Below, in pieces: positions 63,723-64,000 of a stretch of 64,000 nt of DNA. A program made the translations under genes and the position numbers. The DNA is from Lepidodermella squamata. Its lineage: Eukaryota > Animalia > Gastrotricha. The stretch spans positions 4,402,001 to 4,466,000 of the forward strand of contig JBLDXI010000015.1 of assembly GCA_047495785.1 (NCBI GenBank). The letters are read 5' to 3'. Each line of letters begins with the position of its first letter. Position 1 is the stretch's first letter. Under the pieces are notes generated by a model that saw only the letters and a list, made by a program, of their open reading frames with translations, had not been told where the DNA came from and did no database searches.

Positions 63723-64000
63723 ATGGTGAGTGTGGTAGCTAATTTCCAGAAATCGTATATTTGAATATTCATGACAGGCTTCAAAATCTGGAGCCCAATC
63801 TATGTTTGATTTTACGGTCAAGGACATTGACGGAAACGATGTCTCGCTGGAAAAATACCGGTTAGTTTTCTGCACTTCGTGCAAATGATAGGTTTTTATT
63901 TACTATGTTTGAACAGCGGGAAAGTTTCACTTGTGGTCAATGTTGCGTCCCAATGAGGTTTCACAGCCAAGAATTATGCCCAGCTTCAAGAAATGTACGC
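63723..64000 (+). CDS. Selenocysteine glutathione peroxidase (GPx4/PHGPx-like), 5' part; runs off the window
   Basis: ATG-only first coding exon (63723-25), introns 63726-63777 and 63861-63916; [41 protein letters not shown](TGA)GFTAKNYAQLQEMY. Confidence 0.93.

Overview
Gene-dense, intron-rich eukaryotic DNA, almost certainly from a ciliated invertebrate animal with a compact genome (most introns about 50-60 bp). Protein genes in order: giant coronin (+), ANP32 (-), C8orf74/CLAMP-like (-), MYCBPAP (-), type II alternative NADH dehydrogenase (+), RNA polymerase I largest subunit (+), ARMC1 (-), FMO (+), intronless inducible HSP70 with a long phased heat-shock-element array (+), lipase pseudogene (+), MRPS34 (-), unknown LRR protein (-), DDX55 (-), TBC1D8/9-like (+), CFAP44 (-) with a complete Shaw-like K+ channel gene nested antisense in one intron (+), and the 5' end of a UGA/selenocysteine glutathione peroxidase (+). 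Mobile DNA: three non-autonomous inverted-repeat elements and a Penelope-like retroelement bracketed by inverted ends that each carry a minimal hammerhead ribozyme. Main leads: (1) co-oriented genes only about 100 bp apart with unpaired splice acceptors, suggesting operons resolved by SL trans-splicing, including an RFX-box-headed two-gene ciliary unit; (2) the nested Kv subunit has a degenerate S6 gate; (3) an intron-containing animal NDH2; (4) an excess of GC-AG introns; (5) two unexplained structured GC-rich elements in divergent promoter regions. Exon structures were built by eye and no database search was run.
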